A DNA stretch of 59,656 nucleotides, the filler included, from Ionaspis alba (Eukaryota), in the NCBI GenBank assembly GCA_964255285.1. It is 5 parts of 5 records of this genome, joined end to end, with 100 filler letters (N's around TTAATTAATTAA, not from the genome) between each part and the next. Parts side by side here need not be neighbours in the genome. Positions count along the whole stretch, not along the records: positions 1 to 11,866 come from CAXUUL010000534.1; 4 more parts are not named here. One strand, given 5' to 3'. Positions 1 to 11,966 of this stretch are shown in pieces (position 1 is the stretch's first letter; the number at the start of each line of letters is the position of its first letter). The notes beneath the pieces were generated by a model. The model did not search any database. It was not told the DNA's origin and was given only the letters and a program-made list of their open reading frames with translations. A program made the position numbers and the translations under genes.

Positions 1-266
1 AGTATAAGAAATCCGCCGAAGCAGGTAACAAGCCTTGTGACAGCTGCCACGAAAGGGGCTGTGCCGACCATGTGCATATGGAGTACTCGCGTAGCAAATC
101 ATTGATGAGCAATAATGCGCTACCCTGTCGAGGCGCATCGTTTGGCTCTCCAGAACTTGAGCTTTATCCCGCTGTCTTACTTTGTCATGAGTACCTTCGT
201 GTACGTAGCATTAACTACATTAAACACCGGTAGTGTATCAACAATCATTCTCGTTCTCTACCAGAC

Positions 267-1434
267 ATGCGAGATCCAAAACATGGAAGACTGAATGACG
301 TCGAAGCCAAACAGAATCTAGGTGGTTCGGCAGCCATCCCGCGAAGTTCCACCTGGCGGCCCTCTATGACCTTAGATGGTTATCCTTCCTTCGCCGAGTT
401 TATTGCTCGAGACAGTGACGCTGCTATATATCGCAGATATGGACATCTAAGTGCAAGAAATCTGCTGTATATGCAAAGTGAACTTTATGAATTAGAGTTA
501 GAGCTGCAACAATTGGATACAGAGGATGCAAATAAAGTTGACAATGACGACGCGCAAAAGACAGCCCGGGATTGGAGATACTACTCCGACGAGGCGAACG
601 AAAGATCACGCAAACATAGAGTGTTGCAGAATAAAATCCGAATCAAGATTAAAGAGTACCGTATGTATCTCAATGACGTGGTCCGGACAAAGACAAGGTG
701 TCACTAACACCTGGGTGATAGATGAAGCAATGATGCTTGAAAGTCAGATTTATACACTCAGTCCACCAGGTCCTAGAACGTTGAAGACATTTAAGAGATG
801 GTTTTTATCTGCAGCGCCAATTCCTGTGCTCTGGGGCCGCGATGCGGCTTTATTTGACAATGAACAAGATCTCGTGACACTTGCCTCAGTTGATGCGGAC
901 CGTCTCAACATCTTTTTGAAAGCCTACTTTGGATGGTTCTTCAAGGTGAGTAGAGATTCAGAGAAGGCTTCACAAGATATCTACGTCGAGCGAGGAACTG
1001 ATTCGTCCTTAGGAAAAAGCGCCCAATAATGCTCCCCCTGACACCCATAGTAGTGACCTATTTTACTACCCCGAAAGACGAATTCGTCGTGCTGGGGCTA
1101 TAATATCAATCTTCTTCAGCGCAATCTTGCTCATCGGTGCCATTACCTGTCTTCTGTTGACTTCAAATCGCAGTATGAGTCTACGAGTAGGGATGATAGT
1201 ACTCTTCACGTGCTTGTTTGCCCTAGTGGTTGGACTACTTACAAATGCACGAAGAGCTGAGATATTCGGTTCAACAGCAGCGTGAGTACTTCATTCAAAG
1301 AGACCAAGCTCCATGAATGCTTTCTGAATTGAAAGCAACTTGACCGAAGAACCGCTAACAATTATTCGTGTTCTAGATATGCGGCTGTCCTCGTTGTTTT
1401 TGTAAGCAACAACATAGGAGGTAATACCTTGTGA
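267..1434 (+). CDS. DUF6594-like membrane protein, 4 exons (267-660, 722-945, 1013-1281, 1377-1434)
   Basis: N-terminal GYPSFAEFIARD...IYRRYGHLSARNLLYMQSELYELE motif and a C-terminal hydrophobic region ending AEIFGSTAAYAAVLVVFVS, both typical of fungal DUF6594 proteins. Three GT-AG introns with CTRAY-type branch points keep the frame. Confidence 0.8.
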
Positions 1435-2000
1435 TCAAGAGTCCCTTAGAGATGAAGTTGTCATCCGACATCAAGTACTCTTGTAAGTGCTGCAATCATT
1501 CTCAGCGATTGAGATCGCTATAGCCCCTTTTCAACGGAGGCTAAAAAAACGTTCGAGACTGTAATAGGGTCCAAGGACAGCTGTTCAGAAGAGGCACGGG
1601 TGTCACTGTAAATGAGCCATGCATTCGTGCTGTGGAAGTTGGCCGACTGATTCGTGTCGGCGTGAAAGGCTGGAAGACATGAAGCGGGCATTTCGGGAAG
1701 ATAGGCCAGGACAGGAGGCCATTCACGAGTGGGCTCATTGTGTTTGGGGTTCCACATAAGAATGCAAACACCACCATGATGACAAAAGGATTTTGAGCCG
1801 AGATTACAGCTTGGGCCTTAGTATCATGTTTAGCATGGAGTAAAGGCAATTTTGCATGGATTAGCTAGACTATGCGCTTAATGCTCTATGCTGAGTTGAG
1901 CTTTACAATGGCAAAAACGTGAAGGCAGTAGGGAATTGTTTCGAACCCACACTCTCGGCTACCATGTTGAAGTAGCAGGATGGTGGTGACAGGGGCCAAA

Positions 2001-2099
2001 AGCCAAGCTGGTGCCGAAGCACCAGATGATAGTTCATTACCTGACTCTATGGTCGGGCAAATGTCTTGTCATATATTAGACAGTTGAGCTAACTTGGCT
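2001..2099 (-). ncRNA. Putative structured tRNA-like element, copy 1 of 3
   Basis: Terminal inverted repeat AGCCAAG/CTTGGCT. Internal hairpin CTGGTGC-TTCG-GCACCAG (cUUCGg loop on the minus strand). A-box-like TAGCTCAA, a T-run, and a B-box-like GGTTCGAAAC about 60 nt downstream. Strand and expression are inferred. Confidence 0.45.
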
Positions 2100-2373
2100 A
2101 TTCATTAATGTTCCTATTGCTGATCATGATTGATAAGTTGGTGGCTGGTATGTAGCAGCGGATGGGTGAGTCATACGAATTGCGGACTTTCGCTAGTCCG
2201 AAGCGAGGGCACGGCGATGATTCGTCGATTAAGATCGGAGGAATGAAATAGATTGTGTGATCCCGTAGCAAACAATATGCAGCAGCACGGACGGGTCGAA
2301 CCCGAGATCAAGCGGTAGTGGATAGTTGAACCAAAAGCGTGGTGGCAACCCCGAGCTTCAGGATGGCAAAAGG

Positions 2374-2440
2374 AGCCAAGCTGGTGAAACACCAGAATTT
2401 CTTAATAGTCCATTAAAGATGGTATTGAGCTAACTTGGCT
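2374..2440 (-). ncRNA. Putative structured tRNA-like element, copy 2 of 3
   Basis: Same AGCCAAG/CTTGGCT stem, CTGGTG-TTT-CACCAG hairpin and TAGCTCAA. B-box-like GGGTTCGACCC at 2293-2303. TATA-like TATATA at about 2464-2469. Confidence 0.45.
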
Positions 2441-2725
2441 GAAAGATAATTTGTCATTTTTAGTATATAACTCTGTGGGCGGGCACGTCTCATGCCCGAC
2501 TTCATTCCGTAACCAGCAGCATAGTGCAGCGAAACTTTGTCTTTTGGGTAAGTGATGACTGCTATTATGACTCAATGGCACCAACATGGGACACTGCGCA
2601 GAAAACACAGAGCAGAGCATGGATCAGATTTAAATGGAAAGACCGCGAGAAACGGGATCGAACGTGTGAACGCATGTGGAGTGAGATGGGTCCAAAGCAA
2701 ACAAAAATGGTTAGGGAAAGCAAAA

Positions 2726-2797
2726 AGCCAAGCTGGAGCTCAGAAGGCACCAGAGTATTCGGGATTGGGACGAATGATTCAAGTAGCTGACTTGGCT
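2726..2797 (-). ncRNA. Putative structured tRNA-like element, copy 3 of 3
   Basis: Same terminal stem, a CTGG...CCAG hairpin and a T5 run. B-box-like GTTCGATCCC at 2654-2663. ATATAT at about 2821-2826. The A-box is degenerate. Confidence 0.4.
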
Positions 2798-3318
2798 AAT
2801 GACAGAGTTTGGAACATGAGATATATTCCTTTCCCTCGTTACTGGAAACTGGTGCTAGAGCACAATTCTTCACACATTTCGAAACGCAGAAAGTCTGTCT
2901 GTTGCAGTCGGAACTGCCATTGTCGGTCTCCTGGTACAGGAGTTGTAACAATGGCATTGTACAGTGAGATACACTCACAGTATCAACACCGCTGAGCGCC
3001 TTGCATTATGAATGTTGTACTTGATAGTTTTTCATCGTGGCCAGAGAAGTGGAGAACCAAGGATATTTTGGTGGCTCGAGTCGTACCTACCAGGGAGCTC
3101 GAGCCTCAAGCGCGGTCCGCTAGCGTGGAAATGTGTCCTTTCCCTAGAAATTACCACAGCTGCGCACCGAAACACCAGCAATCCTCGCTTTCTACCTCTT
3201 TGGCACATTCTTCTTTTCCAGAACTCTCACGACCTGCTCGGGATTCTGCGGCAGACGCCTGTCTCCAATATCCAGAAATACAGCGTGCTGAAGTCCGCGG
3301 CGCGGCACCAGATTCAAG

Positions 3319-5020
3319 ATGAGCGGCCGTAAGTATTCCTCTATGGGCAGATCTACAATCACAGCGACGAGGAATTGTCGCTGGGTCTATGGGCCATATG
3401 CTGATGTATGACTTTTACACAGTACGATTTCTCGATTTAATTAAGCCCTTCCTACCTCTTCTCCCAGAAGTCGCATCTCCGGAGACGAAGATTCCCTTCA
3501 ATCAAAAGTTGATGTGGACGGGGGTAAGCTCTTAGCCTCTGTCTCGGGAATTCGCCCAGACTGTCATGAAGCAACTGGTCCTAATACGTTGATCTTTTAG
3601 TTAACCCTAATGATATTCTTGGTCATGAGCCAAATGCCTCTCTATGGCATTGTCTCCTCAGACACTTCCGATCCCCTATACTGGTTGCGGATGATGCTGG
3701 CGAGTAATCGGGGAACATTGATGGAGTTGGGTATCACACCTATCATTACTTCGGGAATGGTCTTTCAGGTGCGACGATGAGAGAAAAATTGTGGGGAGGG
3801 TCATAACTAATTATCCCAGCTACTTGCCGGCACACACCTCATCGATGTCAACCTTGACCTCAAGACGGATCGCGAACTCTACCAGACCGCACAGAAACTC
3901 TTCGCCATCATTATCTCTTTCGGCCAGGCCTGTGTGTATGTTCTTACCGGACTCTACGGACAGCCTTCAGATCTCGGCGCAGGCGTCTGTGTACTTCTGG
4001 TTGTCCAACTTGTGGTTGCGGGCTTAATTGTCATCCTCCTCGACGAATTGCTGCAGAAGGGATATGGTCTTGGAAGCGGTATATCTCTATTCATTGCAAC
4101 AAATATCTGCGAGTCCATCATCTGGAAGGCGTTCTCCCCAACAACCATCAATACCGGCCGAGGACCAGAATTCGAGGGAGCAGTGATTGCGCTGTTCCAC
4201 TTGCTCTTCACATGGCCCGACAAAACCGTTGCCTTGCGCGAGGCATTCTACCGACAGAATCTTCCTAACATTATGAATCTTCTGTCAACTCTAACCGTCT
4301 TCGCCGCTGTCATCTACCTCCAAGGCTTCCGCGTCGAAATCCCACTCAAGTCTTCAAGACAGCGAGGCATGCGAGGATCGTACCCGGTCCGCCTTTTCTA
4401 TACCTCAAACATGCCCATTATGCTGCAGTCTGCTTTAGCATCCAACTACTTCCTGATCAGCCAAATGCTGTACTCGCGCTTCTCCGAGAACCTCCTCGTC
4501 AAGCTCCTTGGTGTCTGGGAGCCGCGTGAGGGATCGGCTCAGCTGTACGCTGCCTCTGGAATCGCTTACTACATGTCCCCGCCCTTGGACCTGAAGTCTG
4601 CGCTCTTGGACCCTATCCACACCGCCATCTACATCGTTTTCATGTTGACCGCTTGTGCTGTTTTCTCCAAGACCTGGATTGAGGTTTCTGGATCGGCACC
4701 ACGTGATGTTGCGAAGCAATTGAAAGAGCAGGGATTGGTGATGGCTGGACACAGAGACCAGAGTATGTACAAGGAGCTCAAGAGGGTTATCCCGACTGCT
4801 GCTGCTTTCGGTGGAGCTTGCATTGGTGCATTGTCTGTCGCGAGTGATCTCATGGGAGCTTTGGGCTCGGGAACTGGTATCTTGCTGGCTGTCACGTGAG
4901 TCCCCAATTCTCGTCTAAGGAACTCTTGTACTAATGAGCGATAGCATCATCTATGGATACTTCGAGATTGCAGCTAAGGAAGGAGATATGGCTGGATTGA
5001 AAGGCATGGTGATGGGTTAG
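3319..5020 (+). CDS. SEC61: Protein translocon subunit Sec61 alpha, 5 exons (3319-3328, 3423-3523, 3601-3768, 3820-4895, 4945-5020)
   Basis: Spliced product [20 protein letters not shown]...[26 protein letters not shown]...KLLGVWE...[24 protein letters not shown]. Canonical introns. Confidence 0.97.
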
Positions 5021-5180
5021 GAAGGGAAAGACAAGAATAAAAAAATTCCTGACTTGAGAAGGAAGGGTTCCAAAAACGTCATTGTACGGAGTGGAATATA
5101 TGGGGTCAGGAAAAGTTCTTGTATATATGTACCGTCTGTACAACATTTCTGGAATCATAATCGAAAAAGTTTATGAGAAA

Positions 5181-5280
5181 NNNNNNNNNNNNNNNNNNNN
5201 NNNNNNNNNNNNNNNNNNNNNNNNNNNNNNNNNNNNNNNNNNNNNNNNNNNNNNNNNNNNNNNNNNNNNNNNNNNNNNNN
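5181..5280. other. Intra-scaffold N gap, probably false (flanks overlap)
   Basis: The 55 nt at 5126-5180 are repeated exactly at 5281-5335. Confidence 0.9.
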
Positions 5281-5779
5281 TATGTACCGTCTGTACAACA
5301 TTTCTGGAATCATAATCGAAAAAGTTTATGAGAAATAAGACATCAAGCTCAAGATATTGAGTCCCTTGAAGCAGAGCTAGCTGAGGATGCCGCAGAGCTG
5401 TGAAAACGTGATTGGTACAGGTCAAGAACTGTGTCGCCTAATCGCCTTCGAAACTTCCAAGATGTATGACGTCTAAACGTGAGTTTACATTGAACACAGG
5501 TGAGATTGCAAGATCAGTCAAGAAAGCTCTACCGTGTACTATTTGGGATCTAAGTAAATCTTCGCGTGGGTGAGCTCTCAATATTGCATTTATTCTGAAC
5601 AAATGCTTGTTCCTTGAGCCACTTCTTTGTACATGACTGCCATGTTGACTATGCTCAAAGCATAGGCCATGGTTGTATTCTCGCTCCGGGCCGCTTTCTT
5701 CGCAGCAGTTTCTCTAACACGCTCTATGACCGAACGGTAGACAGCGTCCCACCTATCATTTGACTCCTAGCGATCTATC

Positions 5780-7204
5780 TTACGTTCTATAATCCCCATT
5801 GATTCGGACATACTCGTAGCTGAAATCGCAAAACCAGTAACTCGCCTCCTCTGTCCCGGTGCCGAGATCAACCTTGATCTCCAGATCTTCCGCTTCCAAG
5901 ATTTGTGCCGCCCTCGTCTCATCCACAGCCTCTGGCTCTCCTTTGACCAACAACCTCAACTCCTCACTCCCGTCTGTAGGTACAAAGCTCACGCTGGTCT
6001 TTTCGGGCAACACTGTCTCCGCAGCGGAGAGGTTGGGCGTATATCCGATAGCACATAGAATCCGTCCCCAATTTGCATCCTTGCCGTACAGAGCTGTCTT
6101 GACAAGCGGCGAGCGGGCAATCGTTGACGCAATGGCCTTAGCGTCGTCGAAGGATGCAGCATTCGTGACACGCACATGAACGAATTTTGTAGCTCCCTCG
6201 CCGTCGCGGACGACAAGCTGGGAAAGTGATTGCGTGAAGTCCGTCAGGACCTTCTGCATCGCTTGACCGTCGGAAGATTCAAGGGAAGTGATCGGAGAAC
6301 CGCCGGCGGCGCCATTGGCAAGCATGGCAACAGTATCGTTGGTGGAGGTGTCTCCGTCCACGCTGATGGCGTTGAACGAGCGATCGATAGCGTGTGTGAG
6401 AAGTGGTTGTAGCGTGGCTGCAGGGATTGGGGCATCAGTGCAGAGGATACCCAGGAGAGTGGCCATGTTAGGGTGGATCATCCCCGCGCCTTTGGCCATG
6501 CCTGCTAAGCTGTAGGTCTTGCCTGGACTCGAAGGAAGATTGAAGGTCGTGGAGAGCAGTTTAGGGAATGTATCCGTTGTGCATATAGCCCGGGCAGTCG
6601 TGAGCCAGGAGTCATGCGTAGCGGCCAGGCTGGAATGGGCGTTTGGTATTTTTGCCAGAATCTTGCTGATAGGGAGGCGTTGGCCGATTACGCCTGTAGA
6701 CATCACAAGAGTACTGCTGGCTCTGGGAGTTCTGGTGGCTGGCTCGACGCAGGAGTCGACTGCGGAGGCCATGCTGTGCGCGTCTTCGATGCCGCCCTTA
6801 CCTGTGACAGCATTGGCACACCCGGCGTTAATGACGATGGCACGAATACCTTCGCCGTGACGAGCTTGCAATGTATCGCGGCTTACTGTGACCGGGGCTG
6901 CTTGAAACTTGTTCTTAGTGAACACAGCTGCCGCTGAGCAGGGAGTTTCCGAGGCGATGAGGGCAAGATCTGGGTGGTCCTTGTTGGAAGGTTTGACACC
7001 GACATGAGTGCCTGAGACGAGGAAGCCATTTGGATAGGTTCCTGACGTCGGGACATACTTCTGTTTCGCTGGAGGGGCTTCAGAGCTGGTTGGAATGGAA
7101 TAATGTCGGACTGCTACAATGTAGGACAATTGGTATCTGGTAGGCTGGAAGGAGCGGATAAGAGGGACAATTGATGATATAGACTTGGTGGACATTTTGA
7201 GCAT
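5780..7204 (-). CDS. ARG7: Mitochondrial ornithine acetyltransferase / ArgJ-family bifunctional enzyme
   Basis: Intronless 474-aa ORF with ArgJ motifs [60 protein letters not shown] and [10 protein letters not shown]. Presequence-like N-terminus. Confidence 0.96.
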   Translation of the reverse strand: MLKMSTKSISSIVPLIRSFQPTRYQLSYIVAVRHYSIPTSSEAPPAKQKYVPTSGTYPNGFLVSGTHVGVKPSNKDHPDLALIASETPCSAAAVFTKNKFQAAPVTVSRDTLQARHGEGIRAIVINAGCANAVTGKGGIEDAHSMASAVDSCVEPATRTPRASSTLVMSTGVIGQRLPISKILAKIPNAHSSLAATHDSWLTTARAICTTDTFPKLLSTTFNLPSSPGKTYSLAGMAKGAGMIHPNMATLLGILCTDAPIPAATLQPLLTHAIDRSFNAISVDGDTSTNDTVAMLANGAAGGSPITSLESSDGQAMQKVLTDFTQSLSQLVVRDGEGATKFVHVRVTNAASFDDAKAIASTIARSPLVKTALYGKDANWGRILCAIGYTPNLSAAETVLPEKTSVSFVPTDGSEELRLLVKGEPEAVDETRAAQILEAEDLEIKVDLGTGTEEASYWFCDFSYEYVRINGDYRT

Positions 7205-7337
7205 ATAACAACTTGAAGTATACTCAATTGAATCGCCGACCTGTTAAAGAACGATCTGAGGTTGTCCCGTATTTCTCAATGCTTTTTCTTTGCTCCGAAA
7301 TCAACGACAACACAGAAACTGAGTGACGCTCTTGATA

Positions 7338-7344
7338 TGAGTCA
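7338..7344. promoter_or_regulatory. Gcn4/CpcA response element (TGAGTCA, i.e. TGACTCA on the minus strand)
   Basis: Consensus site about 135 nt upstream of the ARG7 start. Arginine biosynthesis genes are established Gcn4/CpcA targets. Confidence 0.6.
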
Positions 7345-7685
7345 CTATATCCCTACCACTTAGCCCCTGGTCTAACGTATGTTGGAGTAACGATTTCATG
7401 CAGAAACCCTTGCATCGTTCACTCATGGTTTGTTCATAAGATAGGCCCAAATGTTGAGGAGCAGGCACAGTTGTATTGGAGGAGAATATCGGCAAAGATG
7501 CTTGGATTGTCGACGCTAGCACCATCGGAGCTTTCTCTGCCCGATGGTCTCAAGTAGCTTTTGCCTTTGTATAGAAAGACCACTCTGGACATCTCCACAA
7601 CGCAATCATGAACCTGGTGATGAGGAGTGCGATATGAGTCGCTTCGCGAATTGTGGAAACGGTGCGCGTACCCTGAAGACTTACG

Positions 7686-10600
7686 ATGTCCTACGGACAG
7701 AATGGCACGAATGGTTATACAAATGGCTACCACAGCCAAGAACAACTAAATCGCTATGATGAAGCTCGCCAGGATGGTGGTTTCGCAAGTGAGCCTATTG
7801 GGGGCCGAAGAGCACGTCGTAACGGAGGCTACGGAGGCTTTTTCAGCACACCTGTGCCTGAACAACCTGAGTTTGGGTCATCTGGAGATCCCGTAAGCCC
7901 GGAAAGTCCTGACCCATTCACGGCCCCCCGGCAACCCAATTGGCGGAGGGGACATGGAAGAGACGTGAGTGGTGGCAGAGATCGCTTTGGTGGGAACTCC
8001 AATGGGATGAATCTGTATGGAGAAGGACCAGGGGCAAGACAAATTGAAGGTTAGCACCACTCTCGTGGTAAGACTCAGTTATTCGCAGGGCTTCCCCAGA
8101 CAGTTCGTGACACAGAGATTGTATCCTATGCTTCAAGATCTACATGACACCCGGCCTTCAAGCAACGTGATTACTTTCGGTACCAGCCGGAGGCTAACTT
8201 GCGACGTTTCAGGCGTCCTCCAGCACATCAACGAGAAATGGGGGATTATAACAGAAAAGGACTGCGTGCCAGTGCACATCGCGCTGCAGCTGATGGATTA
8301 CAGCTCTCTCGGTCGTGGGAACGATTACGACGATTTCAAACAGACCAGCAAAGCTTTACAGAAAGGCTTGAAAGCAATAGTCAATGGCATGTTGCTCAAG
8401 CCGCACCATTTGGACACTTCTGACGCATTTCTACAGAGCACCATCAGGGTTTCAACAGTTCAATCGGCACCTTCCATAAGATCCAATCTAGTATCCAGAC
8501 ATCTCAAGCGCGTGTCAGGTCACTCAAAGCTTCCCTAATACACGCGAAGATGAACTTGACCGTTGCAAAACCGGAGCTGAAAGGTCTTGCTACCTCTTCA
8601 CAAAGCTTTGACGAAATGCTCCAAGTCCTAGCACAAATCGAGAAGATACAGCTCCTTCCCGAGCAGCTCGATGCGCACATTGCCGACAAACATTTCCTGA
8701 CGGCTGTTGATGTCCTACAAGATGCTTTGAGGTTGATAAGAAACTCGAACCTAGAGAATATTGGAGCACTAGCGGATCTCAGAGTTTATCTGAATAACCA
8801 GGAGACATCATTGGCTGACATTCTCCTCGAAGAGCTCCACGATCATTTATACCTCAAGTCGCCATACTGCCTAGACCGGTGGAAAGCTTACTCGCCCAAT
8901 GCAATCAACTCTGGAGATTCTCAGAATGGTGGTACAGGCATACGACCATTATATCGATTCCTCACTGGACTGAACACCCTTACGCCGATGGTGGATGATG
9001 CATCCCGAAATCCTGAGATGGACAGTTTTGAGTATATTCATATGCTGATCGAAGCGCTGAACAAGATGGGAAGACTCGATCTAGCCGTTGATCGTATAGA
9101 GCAAAGACTTCCCATAGAACTTTTTGCAGTTGTTGAAAGAACGAACCAAGAGGTCGACTCGAGACATCCGGCACATCTACGCATCCCAAGAAAAAGCAAG
9201 CTCGTTGGTCCCTTCGTTCGTGTCACTGGTGCGGACGACCGAGGCGAAGTCTTGCACGATCTTCTCTACACTTTGTATTCCAAGTTCGAAGCGATCGCAG
9301 AAGGACATCGAGCTGCTCACGATGTCATCGCAGGCATCGTCTACCGCGAAGGGTTGAGCAAGAATTCTACAGTTCTAGGAGGGTTCAAAGAGCTCTGGAA
9401 GCTGTATCAAAGTGAGATGCGATCCTTGTTGCACGATTACCTGGCAACAGATGGAAATCCTTTATATAGCGCGAGGAACATATCTACCATGGATACCAAT
9501 GTTTTCCAACGCAACCCAAGAGATAGGTCGAAGAGAGTCTTCAAATTAGGGGAACTGAACAAGAAATCTAGCGATCTAGCAGATGAGCAAGAAGACCTCG
9601 ACAAAATTTTACAGGCTTCGGTACCAGGTCTTGTCTCGAAGTCGCAACGACGGTCAACTGTCAGTTCAGGCAATCGTAGTGTCGTATATGATGGTCCTGC
9701 AGCAGGGCATAAACTGCTTATCGAACCAAGTGTGTTCAACATTAGCCTCTTGCTCCCACCATCGCTTTCCTTCCTTCAAAGGCTGAAAGATATCGTACCG
9801 CCGGATTCAGACATCGCTATCAGCACGTTGACTTCTTTTCTTGATGATTTCCTCGTTAACGTCTTCAATCCACAGCTCGATGAGACTGTGACTGAGCTTT
9901 GCACTCGCTCTTTCATTGAGCTGGACGCGTTTGTCCAAGACCCTCACTGGTCTGATCATGCTCGAAAGCCAATTTTCAAGGTGACTTCACAGTCCGACTT
10001 CATCCCTACTAATGCTGACTCGCGCGCCCAGGGCACATCCATCTTCTTCACCCTCATCAAGGACTTTTGTAAAATGCTTGATAACATACCACAAGATCAA
10101 GCCTTCACCCAGTTGATTATTACGCAACTAGTCACGTACCATGACAAGTGTGCTGGATACTACAAAGCGCTTGTCACTCGAAGCCATGCTGAAGATGGCG
10201 TGCATCTGAAGAGAGCAGCATCTTTAACCGACAGCGGTGATTTTTCTGTGGTCGTTAAGACAATCTGGCAAGGCGACGATTCTGATCGTGAACGGCTGAG
10301 GCAAAAGGAAGTCGAGTTGTTGATTGCAAACACCAACGAGAAACCCTTGGAACCATTCGACATTGTCTCCGATCGCCGAACGGTGACCGCTTTGTGTCTC
10401 CTCTATAGCAGCATGCATTGGCTTGCGACCCGCTTGAGCCAGTTACGGCATGTCGTTGATAACGACTCCACAACCAGCAAAGATCCCCAATCAGGACGTC
10501 GTAGCCGAAGATGGACAATGGTCAACGCTGCAAACATGCAAGATGAGGACCAACCAGTGAATTTGCCTATGACCAAGGCCACAGTCGATCCATTTGACCG

Positions 10601-11210
10601 CATTTTGACCGCGTACAAAGACCTTGCTTCAACCGCTCTACTGACACTTCATGTGGATATACGATGCGGCGTCATCCATATGATGTCCCGCATCTTTAAA
10701 GCGCACTACTTCCTGGATGAGCCATCAAACGAACCAGATCGCGACATTCTAAGTCTCAACGCAGATCTCCTCAGCTTCGACGATACTCTCAAACTTCATC
10801 TCCCTGAGTTAGAATATCAGTTCATGACCGTTGGAATTGGTCTTCTCATTGACAACCTTCTTGTTACCAATGCTTCCCAAATATCTTTGATGAACAACAA
10901 TGGCTGCGAGCGAATGCAGCTTAACATCCTAGTACTGCAGCAGAACCTCAAGAGCGTTGAGAGTGGAGTCTCGCTCACGCGAAGTGCCCAATTCTACGAC
11001 TACTTCAGGCAAGGGGCTGATGCGATTGTCGAGAGAGCCAAGGAGACGGGAGGGAAAGATCTAGGTTTCACCCTCGAAGAAGTGAAAGTCTTGGTCACGC
11101 TCTGTTACTCTGCAGCACTGCAGAGCCAGCAGCGGGACGTTGCTGCACAGGCTAAGAAGGCTTTAAGCGATCATCAACTACAATTGGCAGAATACATGTG
11201 GAACTCTTGA
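7686..11210 (+). CDS. SEC8: Exocyst complex component Sec8, exons 7686-8049, 8213-8386, 8437-9980, 10032-11210
   Basis: Sec8 N-terminal motifs (CVPVHIALQLMDYSSLGR, IVNEHHQGFNSSIGTFHKIQ, LEELHDHLYLKSPYC) and C-terminal GCERMQLNILVLQQNLK. Intron 2 has a GC donor. Confidence 0.93.
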
Positions 11211-11568
11211 AGCTTGTGCAGATATAAGAGCATTGGTTTAAACTTAGTGGTATAACTGTGTTTTCAGTTACGAACGAGCCCAACGAAAACCCAAAAACGC
11301 CTTCGTCTAGGTCGTGCAGGATCGTTTCAAATCAGCATTCTATCGAGAGTGTAGCGAAACAATTCTACCAATCTTCCACAACCAAAATCGCATGGCTGAT
11401 TTAGTCAGAGGTCGAACGCTGAAGATGATTCAAGGTCATACCAACGGACGAAGCTGAGGAGAGCGTCAGCGGAGTAGCCTCTATCACAGCATGATCACAG
11501 CATCACTGACCTCGAATATCATTGTGGTAGACCGGCGAAGATTGAGAGTAATATCCACAACAATGAGA

Positions 11569-11866
11569 TTACCTACGAGTCTCAGAAATCTTGTGTGATA
11601 TCCGAGTACGACGCATCTCTCTCTCCAACGTCTGCAAAGTCGTTCCTGGCACACCGTCCGGCCCAGACTTATGCTGCCTTTGTATTCGACTGACAGCATT
11701 GAACGGCTCTTCCTTGGGTCTTTCTTGGAACCATCTTTGCATCGATACTGTCGGTCGTGAGCTTCTGTACCCTGTGTATGGATGTTTCTGTCGGACTGTG
11801 GCGACGTTGAGAGTCGTTAAAAGGTGATGAGATGCAGGCTGCTTGGACCGTGAATCAGCTCGTGAG
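11569..11866 (-). CDS. Possible 3' end of a gene truncated at the scaffold edge
   Basis: Stop-free minus frame of about 98 codons from the scaffold end to TAA (SRADSRSKQP...LEREMRRTRISHKISETRR*). No recognisable domain. Confidence 0.35.
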
Positions 11867-11966
11867 NNNNNNNNNNNNNNNNNNNNNNNNNNNNNNNNNN
11901 NNNNNNNNNNTTAATTAATTAANNNNNNNNNNNNNNNNNNNNNNNNNNNNNNNNNNNNNNNNNNNN
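11867..11966. other. Artificial scaffold-joining spacer (N44-TTAATTAATTAA-N44)
   Basis: Identical spacer occurs four times. The palindrome has stops in all six frames. Confidence 0.95.

Noticed and set aside
2001..2797. CRISPR array or true tRNA genes
   Set aside because: The context is eukaryotic with no cas genes, and the unit and spacer sizes do not fit CRISPR. The units lack an anticodon arm and a canonical T-loop.
5126..5335. 55-nt direct repeats flanking N gaps (also 43108-43317) as LTRs or tandem duplications
   Set aside because: Exact equal-length overlaps on both sides of a fixed 100-N gap are typical unmerged contig ends.
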